From Candidatus Moraniibacteriota bacterium (lineage in GTDB: Bacteria; Patescibacteriota; Minisyncoccia; Moranbacterales; GCA-2747515): a stretch of DNA of 64,000 nt. A program made the position numbers and the translations under genes. Shown here one piece after another: positions 1 through 10,520 of the stretch (within the stretch, counting starts at the first letter, position 1; every line of letters begins with the position of its first letter). The notes below the pieces were generated by a model. The model worked only from the letters and a program-made list of their open reading frames with translations. It was not told where the DNA came from and searched no databases. The stretch spans positions 5,752 through 69,751 of the forward strand of contig JAXGYI010000007.1 in NCBI GenBank assembly GCA_040772365.1, read 5' to 3'.

Positions 1-828
1 TTAGGATTTTTCTCTGGTGATCTAATTGTCTACACTGATCCAAAAAACCGCACCATCCTTACAAATCTCAAGGATCTTCTTGATCGCTACTACACTCGAT
101 ACCACATCGTATATGGACGGCATGACTTGGAGTGTGGCGCACCGTGCTTTCATGCATGGCACGACGTCTTCTTTAAGACACCTGACGCAGAAAAACCCAC
201 AAATATAGCCCCGCCACAACAATCTCCACCACGGCAATCATCACAACCGCAAACGCCAGATGATCAAGCAATTGCCGCACTACAAATCCCCACAACAGAG
301 GTTGCTGGTGCTATTGCCGAGCCAATCACGCCACCCATTGCCGCACCACCAAAACCCTATCACTCCTTTGACTATGAACAAACGCACTTCATTCTCCTCT
401 CCTCTGATTACCCGGTCAAACATGGCATTGATGATGCGCAAATGGCATGGTTAGAGCACGATCTCGCAAATACACCTGCGCGTAACATCATCGTCTTCTC
501 TCACATACCACCAGTAAACTTTTTCAAAAAATCTGCTAAGGAGTGTCATGACATGACCTGTGACGAGCCACGACGACAGAAGCTTGTTGCTCTTTTTGAA
601 AAATACGGCGTTGACCTCGTCATCTCTGGACATGAACATGTTTTTGACCACAAAGTTGTTCATGGCATTGACTATGTGCTTGCCGGCAACACTGGCAATG
701 GTAAGCGTTATAAAAATACCACCTGGAAAGACAGTTTTCTCTTTGTGACTGTGGAAGAAAAGCGTATTATTCTACAATCACTCTTCGCTGATGGAACAGA
801 GAATCGTACAATTGAGATTGCTACCTAA
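1..828 (+). CDS. Calcineurin-like metallophosphoesterase. 5' end lies outside the window; the reading frame is open from nt 1.
   Basis: Frame 1 is open from position 1 (LGFFSGDLIVYTDP...GRHD...). It carries a GNHD-like motif (GRHD) and a GHEH motif (ISGHEHVFDH). The ORF track starts at a TTG at 127, but there is no upstream stop. A Pro/Gln/Thr-rich low-complexity insert lies in the middle. Confidence 0.6.
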   Translation, partial: LGFFSGDLIVYTDPKNRTILTNLKDLLDRYYTRYHIVYGRHDLECGAPCFHAWHDVFFKTPDAEKPTNIAPPQQSPPRQSSQPQTPDDQAIAALQIPTTEVAGAIAEPITPPIAAPPKPYHSFDYEQTHFILLSSDYPVKHGIDDAQMAWLEHDLANTPARNIIVFSHIPPVNFFKKSAKECHDMTCDEPRRQKLVALFEKYGVDLVISGHEHVFDHKVVHGIDYVLAGNTGNGKRYKNTTWKDSFLFVTVEEKRIILQSLFADGTENRTIEIAT

Positions 829-857
829 TCACGTAGTACCACGCATCTTTTCTCACA

Positions 858-2288
858 CTACGCAGCGCTACCGTTAGTGATGCGTGCGGAAAAATATGCG
901 TCAACCTCCTCTATGGCAACCTCTTCCTGTATACGTGTCTGTAAATCCTTGACCTGCATTACATCACGCGCATACTCGTCTTCGCCACAAATCACAGCAT
1001 AGCGCGCACCCGACTGCAGGGCATAGGCAAACTGCTGCTGAAACGTCATATCGCGAAGAAGTGCAACCTCTGTACGGATATCCGCCATACGGATACGATC
1101 TGCTAATTGTGCATAGAAAGCATTACGCTGTGGCATGATGCGCAACACAACTACACTGATTGGCGCATCTGTCGTCGTATCCTTACCAAGACTTTGCAAT
1201 GCAGCAAACAGCCGATCCACACCAATCGATGCGCCAACAGCTGGTAGATCTGACCCTGTAAAGCGTCGTACTAAGCCGTCGTACCGTCCGCCGGAAAACA
1301 CACTACCGAATTGCGGAGCGTCATCCAATGTTGTTTCCATTACTGTCCCTGTATAGTAATCCAGTCCCCGTGCAATTGTCACGTCAAGATCAACAACATC
1401 TGCTGTCATGCCAACAGCGCGTACGATAGTAAGAATTTCCGCTATATCCTCCACGCCACGCAGCGCATCCGGATCATCGGCAAAGAGCGTACGACACTGT
1501 GCAAGTATATCGTCTGTTGTTCCACGTAGTTCTAAAAATGCCATTACTGTCTGTGCCCCGGTGTCACCGAGCAGTGCCTGTAATTGCTCGCGTACAGCAT
1601 CGTGCCCAATCTTGTGTAGCTTATCAATACTACGCAACATACCCTGCATTTTTTCTGCATAGACTTTTGCATCCGTACGTGTGAGACCTGCCACCGCTCC
1701 AAGTCCTGTTAAAATGGACCGATGGTTAATACGTACACGAAAACGATCCACGCCCAATGCACGCATCGTCCGTACCATCATCATAACAATTTCTGCATCA
1801 GCAATCATCTCATCGGTTCCCGCAATATCAGCATCAAATTGCATAAATTGTCGATAACGCCCCTGCTGTGGCCGCTCACCACGAAAAACTGGCCCAACCA
1901 CCATGCGACGCCATGGCAAGCGAATACCCGTACGAGCTGTGGCATCATAGGGATTTTGAGCAATTAATCGTGCAAATGGCACTGTATGATCAAAACGTAG
2001 CGCCAATTCTTCCCCATGCACATCACGATTGACTACAGAAAAAATCTGCTTAGATGTTTCTCCGTCATCCGCCGCCAGTATACGACGAAACTCCACCATA
2101 GGCGTTTCAATGGCATCAAAACCAAATGTCGCAAAAGTTCGCGCAATAGTATCAAGCATGTCTTGACGTGCCGCATAGGTTTCTGGTAAATAGTCAAGAA
2201 ATCCACTTGGCCGCACCGCCTCCATCAATGTGTCCTGTGTCATAGTTCGTGCATATAGATTCATTAATACATTCACCACCTTCCCCAC
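858..2288 (-). CDS. hisS: Histidine--tRNA ligase (class II aaRS)
   Basis: 476 aa. HisRS motif GPVFRGERPQQGRYRQFMQFDADIAG. The C-terminal anticodon-binding-like region argues for HisS rather than HisZ. Confidence 0.8.
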   Translation of the reverse strand: MGKVVNVLMNLYARTMTQDTLMEAVRPSGFLDYLPETYAARQDMLDTIARTFATFGFDAIETPMVEFRRILAADDGETSKQIFSVVNRDVHGEELALRFDHTVPFARLIAQNPYDATARTGIRLPWRRMVVGPVFRGERPQQGRYRQFMQFDADIAGTDEMIADAEIVMMMVRTMRALGVDRFRVRINHRSILTGLGAVAGLTRTDAKVYAEKMQGMLRSIDKLHKIGHDAVREQLQALLGDTGAQTVMAFLELRGTTDDILAQCRTLFADDPDALRGVEDIAEILTIVRAVGMTADVVDLDVTIARGLDYYTGTVMETTLDDAPQFGSVFSGGRYDGLVRRFTGSDLPAVGASIGVDRLFAALQSLGKDTTTDAPISVVVLRIMPQRNAFYAQLADRIRMADIRTEVALLRDMTFQQQFAYALQSGARYAVICGEDEYARDVMQVKDLQTRIQEEVAIEEVDAYFSARITNGSAA

Positions 2289-2357
2289 TATACCACAACA
2301 TGAATATTCTACGCTATATTTTGACGATTACACAAAAATCCGCCATAATGAAGAGGT

Positions 2358-2870
2358 ATGACAACACTACACCAAACAACTGAACACAAAGAACAACTCC
2401 TCCCCGTGGCGCATCGTGGCGACGCAATGTTAACGCGTGTCGCAACACCAGTTACTGATCCGCAATCTGCCGATATACAAGAACTGATTCGCGATATGTT
2501 CTACACCATGCGCATTGAAAACGGTTGTGGATTAGCAGCGCCGCAGGTACGTAAAAATGTTCGTGTGATCACTATGGCTGTTGATGGAACACGCTATACA
2601 ATGATCAATCCGGAAATCACTAAACGCTCCTCACGTCTCGTTACTTTTGATGAAAGCTGCTTGAGTATTCCTAGCACAACACTGCGTATTATCCGCAATG
2701 AGAACGTTACTGTACGCTACCATGATCACAATGGCATTATCCGCATCATAGATGCACATGGATTCCTCTCTGTTGTTTGCCAACATGAAATTGATCACCT
2801 GGATGGTATTTTGATGACACAGCGCCATGCTGAACAGCAGGCTCTGCGAGCACAATACAACATTGATTAG
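2358..2870 (+). CDS. def: Peptide deformylase
   Basis: All three PDF motifs are present: GCGLAAPQ (GxGxAAxQ), ESCLSIP (EGCLS) and QHEIDHLDG (HExxH). It sits directly upstream of fmt in the classic def-fmt arrangement. Confidence 0.85.
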   Translation: MTTLHQTTEHKEQLLPVAHRGDAMLTRVATPVTDPQSADIQELIRDMFYTMRIENGCGLAAPQVRKNVRVITMAVDGTRYTMINPEITKRSSRLVTFDESCLSIPSTTLRIIRNENVTVRYHDHNGIIRIIDAHGFLSVVCQHEIDHLDGILMTQRHAEQQALRAQYNID

Positions 2871-2900
2871 TAAAGTCCATTAGATTTTTGCGCTACGTCT

Positions 2901-4079
2901 ATGAAAACATCAATTGACATTACACGAAAACCGCACTCCCCGCATCATGTGCCCGTACATGCTGCCACGACATCTCATGACACAGCAGAGGATTCTGTGC
3001 CTACACCTACAAGTAGCACACCTCCTGCAAAAACCGCACCGCACAAAGCTACTACACCACTGCCTGCATCGCCTACGACACATAATAGTACTGAAGATAC
3101 CCACCACACCGTAGTGTTTATGGGTACTGGTGTTTTTGCCGCGGAAATTCTCACTGCGCTACTCCATGCGCCGCACTACCATGTGACCCAGATTGTCACC
3201 CAACCCGACAAAAAAATCGGGAGAAAAAAGAAATCCACAATTCATCGCACGCTGGCAGCAAATCCCGTACGTGACATTGCGCATGAGCGCAACATCCCCC
3301 TCCTCCAACCTATAAAAATTGATCGTGATGCCATTGCAACAATTGCAGCCCAGAAACCTGATCTTCTCATCGTAGCATCATATGGACGTATCTTACCGCA
3401 AAAACTCCTTGATGTAGCTCGCATTGCACCAATCAACGTACACGCATCACTGCTCCCCCTACTACGCGGCGCCTCCCCCATTCACAATGCCATTCTGCAT
3501 GGACATACAGAAACCGGTATCACAATCATGTTGATGGACGCCGGTATGGATACGGGACCAATCCTTGCTCAGGAGCGCACAATGATTACAGCACACGAGA
3601 AAACCAACGAACTCTGCGCACGCCTCGCACACATTGGTGGTGCACTCCTCATCACAACACTAGATGCCTTGATTACTGAAAAGATCTCTCCACGACCACA
3701 AAACCACATGCGAGCCACGCTATGCCAACTCATCGATCGTGAAGATGGGCATATTCAGTGGACACAGACCACTACAGAAATTTACAATCGCTATCGCGCG
3801 CTCTACCCATGGCCAGGTATTTTTAGCTTCTGGGAAATTCATGAGTCCCAACTTCTGCGCATTCATTTTCGCTCTATCCTTCCGTCCACGGAACCACTAG
3901 ACCGTACTCTCGCACAGCTGATGCCTGGCACTGTTTTTATTGATCATGGACAACTATGTATTAAAACTGGAGATGGCGCCATTATCGTGGAAGCCCTCCA
4001 ACCAGAATGTAAAGTCGTCATGCCAGTCTATGACTTCCTCAACGGACACAAAAATTTTGAAGGTGCCGTATTAAAGTAA
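2901..4079 (+). CDS. fmt: Methionyl-tRNA formyltransferase with an N-terminal Pro/Thr-rich low-complexity extension of about 70 aa
   Basis: VVFMGTGVFAAEIL aligns to the Fmt N-terminus. The HASLLPLLRGASPIHNAIL motif (HxSLLPxxRG) is present. Only a 30-nt gap separates it from def. Confidence 0.8.
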   Translation: MKTSIDITRKPHSPHHVPVHAATTSHDTAEDSVPTPTSSTPPAKTAPHKATTPLPASPTTHNSTEDTHHTVVFMGTGVFAAEILTALLHAPHYHVTQIVTQPDKKIGRKKKSTIHRTLAANPVRDIAHERNIPLLQPIKIDRDAIATIAAQKPDLLIVASYGRILPQKLLDVARIAPINVHASLLPLLRGASPIHNAILHGHTETGITIMLMDAGMDTGPILAQERTMITAHEKTNELCARLAHIGGALLITTLDALITEKISPRPQNHMRATLCQLIDREDGHIQWTQTTTEIYNRYRALYPWPGIFSFWEIHESQLLRIHFRSILPSTEPLDRTLAQLMPGTVFIDHGQLCIKTGDGAIIVEALQPECKVVMPVYDFLNGHKNFEGAVLK

Positions 4080-4119
4080 TTGCGTAGATCTAGTAAGAGT
4101 ACGCACTCTCTACTCCATA

Positions 4120-4955
4120 TGAAAAAAACCGATCAATATCTCCTGTGGTGTACTATAATCATCATCATTGCAATTATGGTGTGGACGTTGTCCCGTTTTA
4201 TAGCAAGTACACAATCACCAGTGCCGCAGCAGCAGCACGCAGAATATCCTGCAGAATCCACAGATCTAGAAACCACATCGCAGGATCGCACAATCCCCAC
4301 AATCACAATACGAGATTTTTCAATGGCACTACAGGATAAGAGCACGCCAGCAGCCATCTACGACATCCGTCCAACAACAGCTTATGATGAGGGTCATATC
4401 CCCGGTAGCTTAACCAGTGAAACGTTTGACGTTGCGCACACTGGACGCCATATTGTCCTCATCACCGAAAATGGTGAAGAAACGGAGCATACACGCGCAC
4501 TCTTCCGTTCCATCGCTACAAACAATACGATCGCCCTCCTAGAAGGCGGTATCACCGCATGGCGTGCAGCAGGAAAGCCCATCGTCTCCATTGCAGTGCA
4601 GCCAGATTTTTTGACATCGGCAAAAGTGCAGTTTATTGAACCGCGCGATCTCTACGCAATGATTACTCAGCAACCTACGCCATCAGCACAGAATATCACG
4701 ATTATTGACACCCGTCGTTCTGGAAACTTTGCAAATGGACATATTGCCGGCGCTATCAATATCCCTCTCACAGAACTAGAGTTTCGCTATAGAGAAATCC
4801 CCCACAACACTCACATCATCATCTACGGCGCAACAGACATCAGCAGCTTTCAATCTGGCGTCGTACTCTATGATGTGAATATCCTAACCGCTAAAACTGT
4901 ACGTGGTGGATGGGAAGCGTGGGAAAAATATGGCTATCCTGTAGCACAGGAGTAG
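4120..4955 (+). CDS. Membrane-anchored tandem rhodanese-domain protein (sulfurtransferase-like)
   Basis: N-terminal TM segment (WCTIIIIIAIMVW) followed by two rhodanese-like repeats (YDIRPTTAYDEGHIPGS and IIDTRRSGNFANGHIAGAINIP). The ORF track starts at a TTG at 4080; the ATG at about 4120 (MKKTDQY) is the more plausible start. Confidence 0.6.
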
Positions 4956-4991
4956 CTACACTGCCAACAGCATAGCACCTCATCCACGATG

Positions 4992-6161
4992 CTAAAAGTA
5001 TTTGCCGTATTTCTCCAAGTCGTAGTAGCAGTGCGGATTAGGGTATTCATCGGGATCCAAGCAACACTCCATGTCCATGTGCTTCTTCTTATTCTTTTTA
5101 CTCTTCCTTGGCTTATCATTTTTTTTAGCACAAACCTTGCGTCCCAGCGCATCAACCTTGTACCACGCCGGATGCGGTGCATCTATAACAGGAGGTGCAA
5201 CCGGCTTTGGCTTTGGTCGCACAATGTCAGTATTGCGAAACTGTGATACGGCCGAGAAGTACTCTGGTACGCGATTGGTAACCGCAACCATCAGGTCTTC
5301 TTGCGTCACATCATCTTCATCTGTGCCAGTAATAACAGGTACAATGGTATAGATATAGCGCCCATCCACGAGCATAAAGAACAGCGTAGGCTCATAGCAC
5401 GGATCATCAGGTCCTACGTAAAACTCTTCTGCAGGATAATCACCTGTTTCATAGAGACGCCCTGCAATATCGTGACACGCTGCACGATCTGCTCCTGTGC
5501 GCAAACGTGGATACTCATCGGTATTCATGATTTGTGGCGTATCCCGCAGATCATATACCGCAACCTCAAACCCCCTACGATCCTGCATATGTCCTTCTCC
5601 ATCATCAGACTGCTCTGGTGTAAAAAAGCCCATGCGATATACCGCCTTACTCTTCTCATGTGTTTTATAGATCTGTCGGACACGCCAATCTGCAGGGTGC
5701 ATCATCGCAAAACCGTACCACGCACTGTGATAGGTCTTCCAGGTTGACGTATCAATACGATCTTGTATAGCTGCGATATCACGCATGTGTTGCTGTTCAA
5801 TCGCCTCTTCTTTTTCCGCTGCACGCATCAGTGTAGTACTGCGAAGATGCGCCTCGTGCCACCGCCCACCTGCATATGCTCCAAGAATCATTGCAACAAC
5901 AACGTACACAGTCGCCACAGAAAAGAGACCGTGAATTACACGATGCGCAGCATTGCTGTGATGTCTGTGACGTACACGATTTTTGACTGTCGTGAAAACA
6001 CCTTGCACGGCACAGGCGCCTTGCACACACACTCTGCGCAATGACGCTAGACGATTAGTTATTTTTTTTCTCCATAGTGTGGATGTGTTCGGGTCTTTTT
6101 CTGTAGAAAGAACGTCTTTTACGTGCTTTTTGGAAGAGGGACGCTTCTTTTTCTTATGCAT
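4992..6161 (-). CDS. Hypothetical membrane-anchored protein with a Lys-rich N-terminus, one TM segment and a C-terminal Cys-containing tail
   Basis: 389-aa ORF with one predicted TM segment (VATVYVVVAMILGAYAGG). I recognise no family. The K-rich N-terminus (MHKKKKRPSSKKH) and the C-terminal ...KKNKKKHMDMECCLDPDEYPNPHCYYDLEKYGKYF are visible in the translation. Confidence 0.4.
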   Translation of the reverse strand: MHKKKKRPSSKKHVKDVLSTEKDPNTSTLWRKKITNRLASLRRVCVQGACAVQGVFTTVKNRVRHRHHSNAAHRVIHGLFSVATVYVVVAMILGAYAGGRWHEAHLRSTTLMRAAEKEEAIEQQHMRDIAAIQDRIDTSTWKTYHSAWYGFAMMHPADWRVRQIYKTHEKSKAVYRMGFFTPEQSDDGEGHMQDRRGFEVAVYDLRDTPQIMNTDEYPRLRTGADRAACHDIAGRLYETGDYPAEEFYVGPDDPCYEPTLFFMLVDGRYIYTIVPVITGTDEDDVTQEDLMVAVTNRVPEYFSAVSQFRNTDIVRPKPKPVAPPVIDAPHPAWYKVDALGRKVCAKKNDKPRKSKKNKKKHMDMECCLDPDEYPNPHCYYDLEKYGKYF

Positions 6162-6239
6162 AAGATCTCTTTACGCCAACAAAATATGCCCCGTATTGTA
6201 ATACAGATCAAGGAAACGGTCAACTACCGCAAAATGACC

Positions 6240-7163
6240 TTATCGTTCCAAATAGCGCCGAATGCCAATGGCGCTACTCACAAAGCCGAGGAAAACACCT
6301 AGCAGCAACACACTGCCCATCATGATCACGAGGACACCACCATACATTGCTGACAGATCTACGCCTGTTAAAATGCGCTGCGCAAACGGATCAACGCCAT
6401 AAACTGTTGCCACGAGTGCAAGAATTGCAATCAGTGCACTTGCCGCACCGTAGAGAATACCCTCTACAAGGGTTGGCACCTTCACATAGAGATGTGACGC
6501 CCCCACAAGACGCATGACATCAAATTCTGCTCTATGCGCATAGAGGCTCATTCGCACGGTATTCAATGTCACTAAAACTGCAATCACCACAAAAATAACA
6601 CCGAGCGCCAGACCAATGTTGCGTACGAAGATAATGACTTTCTGGATGTCCTGCACCACTTTTTTATTGCGATCAAAACTAGTATTCATAATACGATCAC
6701 CGTATTCCTGATGCATATACGTATTGATATCTTCATATGAAGCTGCGTCATATGCTGTAATGACCAGTGATGCCGGAAGAGGATTCTCATTGGCAATCTT
6801 AAGGGCTTCTTGGATTTCTTTACTATCTCCTTCACGTGCCATAAAATCCTGCATTGCCTGCTCACGCGATACATACCGTATAGATGCAATCTGCTGAATG
6901 CGCTTATCCTCCAATGTTTTTTTAATATCCTCAATCTCCTCTGCCGGTACAGTGAGATCAAAATAAACGCTAATATTAATCCGATCCTCTACGGCATCAA
7001 TAGCATGCATCACGCCATAGCCAAGCAAAAGACCAATGCCAATTAAATAGAGCGCCAACGACATAATCACGACTGTCGCTAATGTTAACCACTTATCGCG
7101 ATAGAAATTGCGTACACCCTCACGCAAAACGCGTGCCAACTTAATCGTTTTCATAGCGCGCAT
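6240..7163 (-). CDS. ftsX: Cell division permease FtsX
   Basis: Four-TM FtsX-like topology, immediately downstream of ftsE. If the start is the ATG at 7152-7154 (MKTIK), it overlaps the ftsE TGA stop as ATGA, which is the usual translational coupling arrangement. Confidence 0.75.
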   Translation of the reverse strand: MRAMKTIKLARVLREGVRNFYRDKWLTLATVVIMSLALYLIGIGLLLGYGVMHAIDAVEDRINISVYFDLTVPAEEIEDIKKTLEDKRIQQIASIRYVSREQAMQDFMAREGDSKEIQEALKIANENPLPASLVITAYDAASYEDINTYMHQEYGDRIMNTSFDRNKKVVQDIQKVIIFVRNIGLALGVIFVVIAVLVTLNTVRMSLYAHRAEFDVMRLVGASHLYVKVPTLVEGILYGAASALIAILALVATVYGVDPFAQRILTGVDLSAMYGGVLVIMMGSVLLLGVFLGFVSSAIGIRRYLER

Positions 7164-7891
7164 GTTCCCTTAATGATATACCCACTCTGTGCAGTATCGC
7201 CAACAATACGACCACGATCCATGGCGATCACGCGACGGCGAATTTTATCCACAATGGTTGTATCGTGTGTTGCTAAAATGACTGTTGTGCCAAACGTATT
7301 GATCTTGTATAACAATCGTGCAATATCATCTGCGGAAACAGGATCAAGATTGCCCGTCGGCTCATCAGCGATAAGTACACGCGGTCGGTGAATGATTGCA
7401 CGTGCTACAGCAACCCGTTGCTGCTCCCCACCACTAATCTGATGTGGATACTTATGCGCATGGTCTACCATATTAATCACATGCAACATCTGCGTCACTT
7501 CGTCATAAATCTGTGCATCAGATTTGCCATGAAGTTCTAGTGTATATGCAATATTCTCAAAAACCGTCTTCTGTGGTAAAAGTTTAAAATCTTGGAACAC
7601 CGTACCAAAGTTGCGCCGAAAATACGGCAACAGCCGCCGCTTCGTAGATAAGATATCACGTCCCCCAAAAAATACCGATCCCTCGGTAGGAAATTCGTCA
7701 GCATAGATCATCTTGAGCAACGTGGACTTCCCCGCACCGCTCGCACCCACAACAGACACGAACTCCCCGTGATCAATAGCACACGTCACTTCGCGCAGCG
7801 CCACAAAGCCATCCGGATATTCTTTAGAAACACCTTCTACGTGAATCAGTTTCGGCGACTGCTGTGCAGTGCGCGACATATCCTGTTCCAT
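7151..7891 (-). CDS. ftsE: Cell division ATP-binding protein FtsE
   Basis: Walker A GASGAGKST and the ABC signature LSGGEQQRVAVARA are present. The ORF track extends to a GTG at 7999, but the conserved FtsE N-terminus begins near the ATG at about 7889-7891 (MEQDMSRT...IHVEGVSKEY). Confidence 0.8.
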   Translation of the reverse strand: MEQDMSRTAQQSPKLIHVEGVSKEYPDGFVALREVTCAIDHGEFVSVVGASGAGKSTLLKMIYADEFPTEGSVFFGGRDILSTKRRLLPYFRRNFGTVFQDFKLLPQKTVFENIAYTLELHGKSDAQIYDEVTQMLHVINMVDHAHKYPHQISGGEQQRVAVARAIIHRPRVLIADEPTGNLDPVSADDIARLLYKINTFGTTVILATHDTTIVDKIRRRVIAMDRGRIVGDTAQSGYIIKGTCAL

Positions 7892-8007
7892 GTGTATTTT
7901 TTCTAAACGATTGTGTAGTACATCCCCATCATTATAACATAATAATTCTGAAAATGTCACATCTGCTATGCTACGTGCAGATATACGCAGAGCTACCACG
8001 ACTGAAA

Positions 8008-9100
8008 CTATTGCCCTTGCGCCATCATCATCAAGTATGCTGTCATAAACGCCTCAAGGTCACCATCCAAAACCGCATCAACGTGTGCAGTCTCATGCTT
8101 CGTGCGATGATCCTTAACCATTTTATACGGATGTACAACATACGATCGAATTTGACTGCCCCACTGCGCATCTTTCACCTCGCCACGCAACGCATTTTGC
8201 TCCATCGCCTGCTCAGCAAGGCGGCGTTGGAGTAATTGTGCACGCAGTAATCGCAATGCCGCTTCCTTATTTTGCCCCTGTGATCGCTCATTTTGACACT
8301 GCGCCTGCAAGCCTGTCGGAAGGTGAGTGATACGCACGGCGCTATCAGTCGTATTGACATGCTGTCCACCAGCACCAGACGCGCGATACGTATCAATACG
8401 CAGATCTTCTGGTGCAAGGTGCACATCTAGATCATTGTGCACAACGGGAAGCACCTCCACACGCGCAAAAGATGTCTGGCGAAGATTGTCTGCATTGAAC
8501 GGCGACAAACGCACCAAGCGATGCACCCCCGCATCGGCACGCGCCCAACCATACGCCCATCGTCCGCGCACCTCTATTGTCATGCTCTTAATGCCAGCCT
8601 CTGCACCATCCACGCGGTCAAGGATGACTGCACGATAATTCTTACGCTCCGCCCATCGCAGATACATCCGCCCCAGCATATCCGCCCAGTCCTGCGCATC
8701 CACACCACCAGCACCAGCAACAATAGTAATAATAGCGTCATGAGCATCATATGTGCCAGAAAAATATGTATACAGTGTCAGTTTCCGCAAGTCTTCTTCC
8801 AACTGCCGTACCAATGCGGCCACATCTGCCTTCTCTACATCAGTTGTTGCCAAATCCTGTAAAATCGCAATGTCATCCAGAGTAGTGCGCAACGTATCAA
8901 AGCGCTCCACGTCACTACGTGCATCTTCCAGTTCACGCATAATACGTGTAGCACGTTCGTTATCATGCCAAAAATGCACATCTGCTGTGCGCGCTTCATG
9001 TTCTGCAATTACTGCACGCTTACTCGCAATGTCAAAGGGAGTCCTGCAGACGCAGGAGTTGTGATGTGAGAGTGGAATGTGACGGCACGCGATCAGACAT
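8008..9100 (-). CDS. prfB: Peptide chain release factor 2, with a programmed +1 ribosomal frameshift
   Basis: SPF tripeptide (VRLSPF) and GGQ motif (SGAGGQHVNTTDSAVRITH) are present. The main body is in the frame of ORF 8008..9114. An upstream ATG at 9098-9100 opens a 22-codon frame (MSDRVPSHSTLTSQLLRLQDSL) that ends in CTT TGA C at about 9032-9037. The body frame continues from GAC, and an AGGA SD-like element lies just upstream of the shift site. Confidence 0.8.
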
Positions 9101-9133
9101 AGGACACTATACACTATGAGATGAATTTCTCTG

Positions 9134-9206
9134 AGCCATCCATCGGGATTGAACCGATGACCTGCACGTTACGAATGTGCCGCTCTACCAACTGAGCTAG
9201 GATGGC
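9134..9206 (-). tRNA. tRNA-Thr (anticodon CGU)
   Basis: Cloverleaf read by hand. Acceptor GCCATCC/GGATGGC, D-arm GCTC..GAGC, anticodon loop TTCGTAA, T-arm ATCGG-TTCAATC-CCGAT, discriminator T. CCA is not encoded. It sits immediately upstream of prfB on the same strand. Confidence 0.8.
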
Positions 9207-9344
9207 AAATACGTCACTAAGTATACACGGCGCAGAAAGAAATAGCAAGATACTTCACACAGGTATGCTCCGCGGTGGAAACCAATGATTTTTTTCAAAA
9301 CTAGCAAAAAGTGCATTTGTCACAACACATGTAAACAACGCGCT

Positions 9345-10520
9345 TTACACACGTGATTGACGCGAGATATTGAGTAAAATACCAACAGCAGCAAGTGAAA
9401 AAATAATCGATGTGCCACCATAACTGATAAATGGCAACGGAATACCCGTCAAGGGGATAAGTGATGTAATGGCAGCAATATTCATCATTGCCTGACCGGT
9501 AATCCAAATCGTGATTCCACCGGCAACAAGTTTACCAAAAAGATCTGGGGCATGTGTTGCAATCATCATTCCGCGCCAAGCAAAGACAATAAAGAGTGCA
9601 AGAAGCATCAGTGCACCAATAAACCCAACTTCTTCAGCAATAATCGCAAAAATGGAATCCCCTACTGGCTCTGGAAGATACAATCCCTTCTGCTTACTAT
9701 GCCCTAGACCAACGCCAAACGGTCCACCACTACCAATAGCAATGAGCGCTTGTTGAATTTGATAACCGGACCCCTGTGGGTCCGCCATTGGATCAATAAA
9801 GGACTTGAAGCGTTCCATGCGATAGGGTGCAATGAGAACTAGCAGGAGTACACCGATTATACCAATACTCATGAGACCGCCGAGGTGTTTCAGCGAAGCG
9901 CCGGCAAGATAAAAGATGCCCACAGAAATAAAAGCGAGAATAATCATTGTACCAAGATTTGGCTGCATATATACAAGAATACACGGCGTAATAATAATAC
10001 CTAAAAACGGCAAGACGCCGTTGTGAAAATCACTGATCAGTTTTGTTCCCTTACCACTACACCATGCCGCCACATATAATACCAGTGCAAGCTTCATTGC
10101 TTCCGACGGCTGAAATGTCGGCAGCGGTCCAAGGTTGATCCACCGACTTGCACCATAGGATGTGATACCAACACCAGGGATGAGCACAATGATCAGCAAA
10201 GCAAGCCCCATCACGTAGATGAGAAGTGCCCACCGACGATAGATATGGTAGTCAATCCGACTTAGTAAAAAAAGTGCTATAAATCCAAGAATAACACCCA
10301 CCATCTGCCGCCTAAAAAAGAGATACGGATCGCCAAAGCGCACACTAGCATATACAATACCTGCTGATGCAATCATGAGCACACCACAGAGCACCAAAAT
10401 GCCCACTGTGCCAAAAAGCACGCGGTCTGGTGCTGCGCTAAAATAGAGCGTATCACGTGAAATTTTATTTTTGTTTTTTCTGCGTCCGGGGTTCATCACC
10501 GAACGTCTGCGCTTGATCAT
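9345..10520 (-). CDS. ftsW: SEDS-family peptidoglycan glycosyltransferase (FtsW/RodA)
   Basis: Ten-TM SEDS protein with a conserved C-terminal region (PLPFISYGGTSIIFSLAAVGILLNISRQ). The start may be the internal MNPGRRK. Confidence 0.75.
   Translation of the reverse strand: MIKRRRSVMNPGRRKNKNKISRDTLYFSAAPDRVLFGTVGILVLCGVLMIASAGIVYASVRFGDPYLFFRRQMVGVILGFIALFLLSRIDYHIYRRWALLIYVMGLALLIIVLIPGVGITSYGASRWINLGPLPTFQPSEAMKLALVLYVAAWCSGKGTKLISDFHNGVLPFLGIIITPCILVYMQPNLGTMIILAFISVGIFYLAGASLKHLGGLMSIGIIGVLLLVLIAPYRMERFKSFIDPMADPQGSGYQIQQALIAIGSGGPFGVGLGHSKQKGLYLPEPVGDSIFAIIAEEVGFIGALMLLALFIVFAWRGMMIATHAPDLFGKLVAGGITIWITGQAMMNIAAITSLIPLTGIPLPFISYGGTSIIFSLAAVGILLNISRQSRV

Noticed and set aside
8008-9114. 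Uninterrupted 368-aa RF2 ORF with a GTG start
   Set aside because: Its first 26 codons read as Cys/His-rich nonsense, whereas the -1 frame gives an RF2-like N-terminus ending at the canonical CTT TGA C shift site. The programmed frameshift model is preferred.
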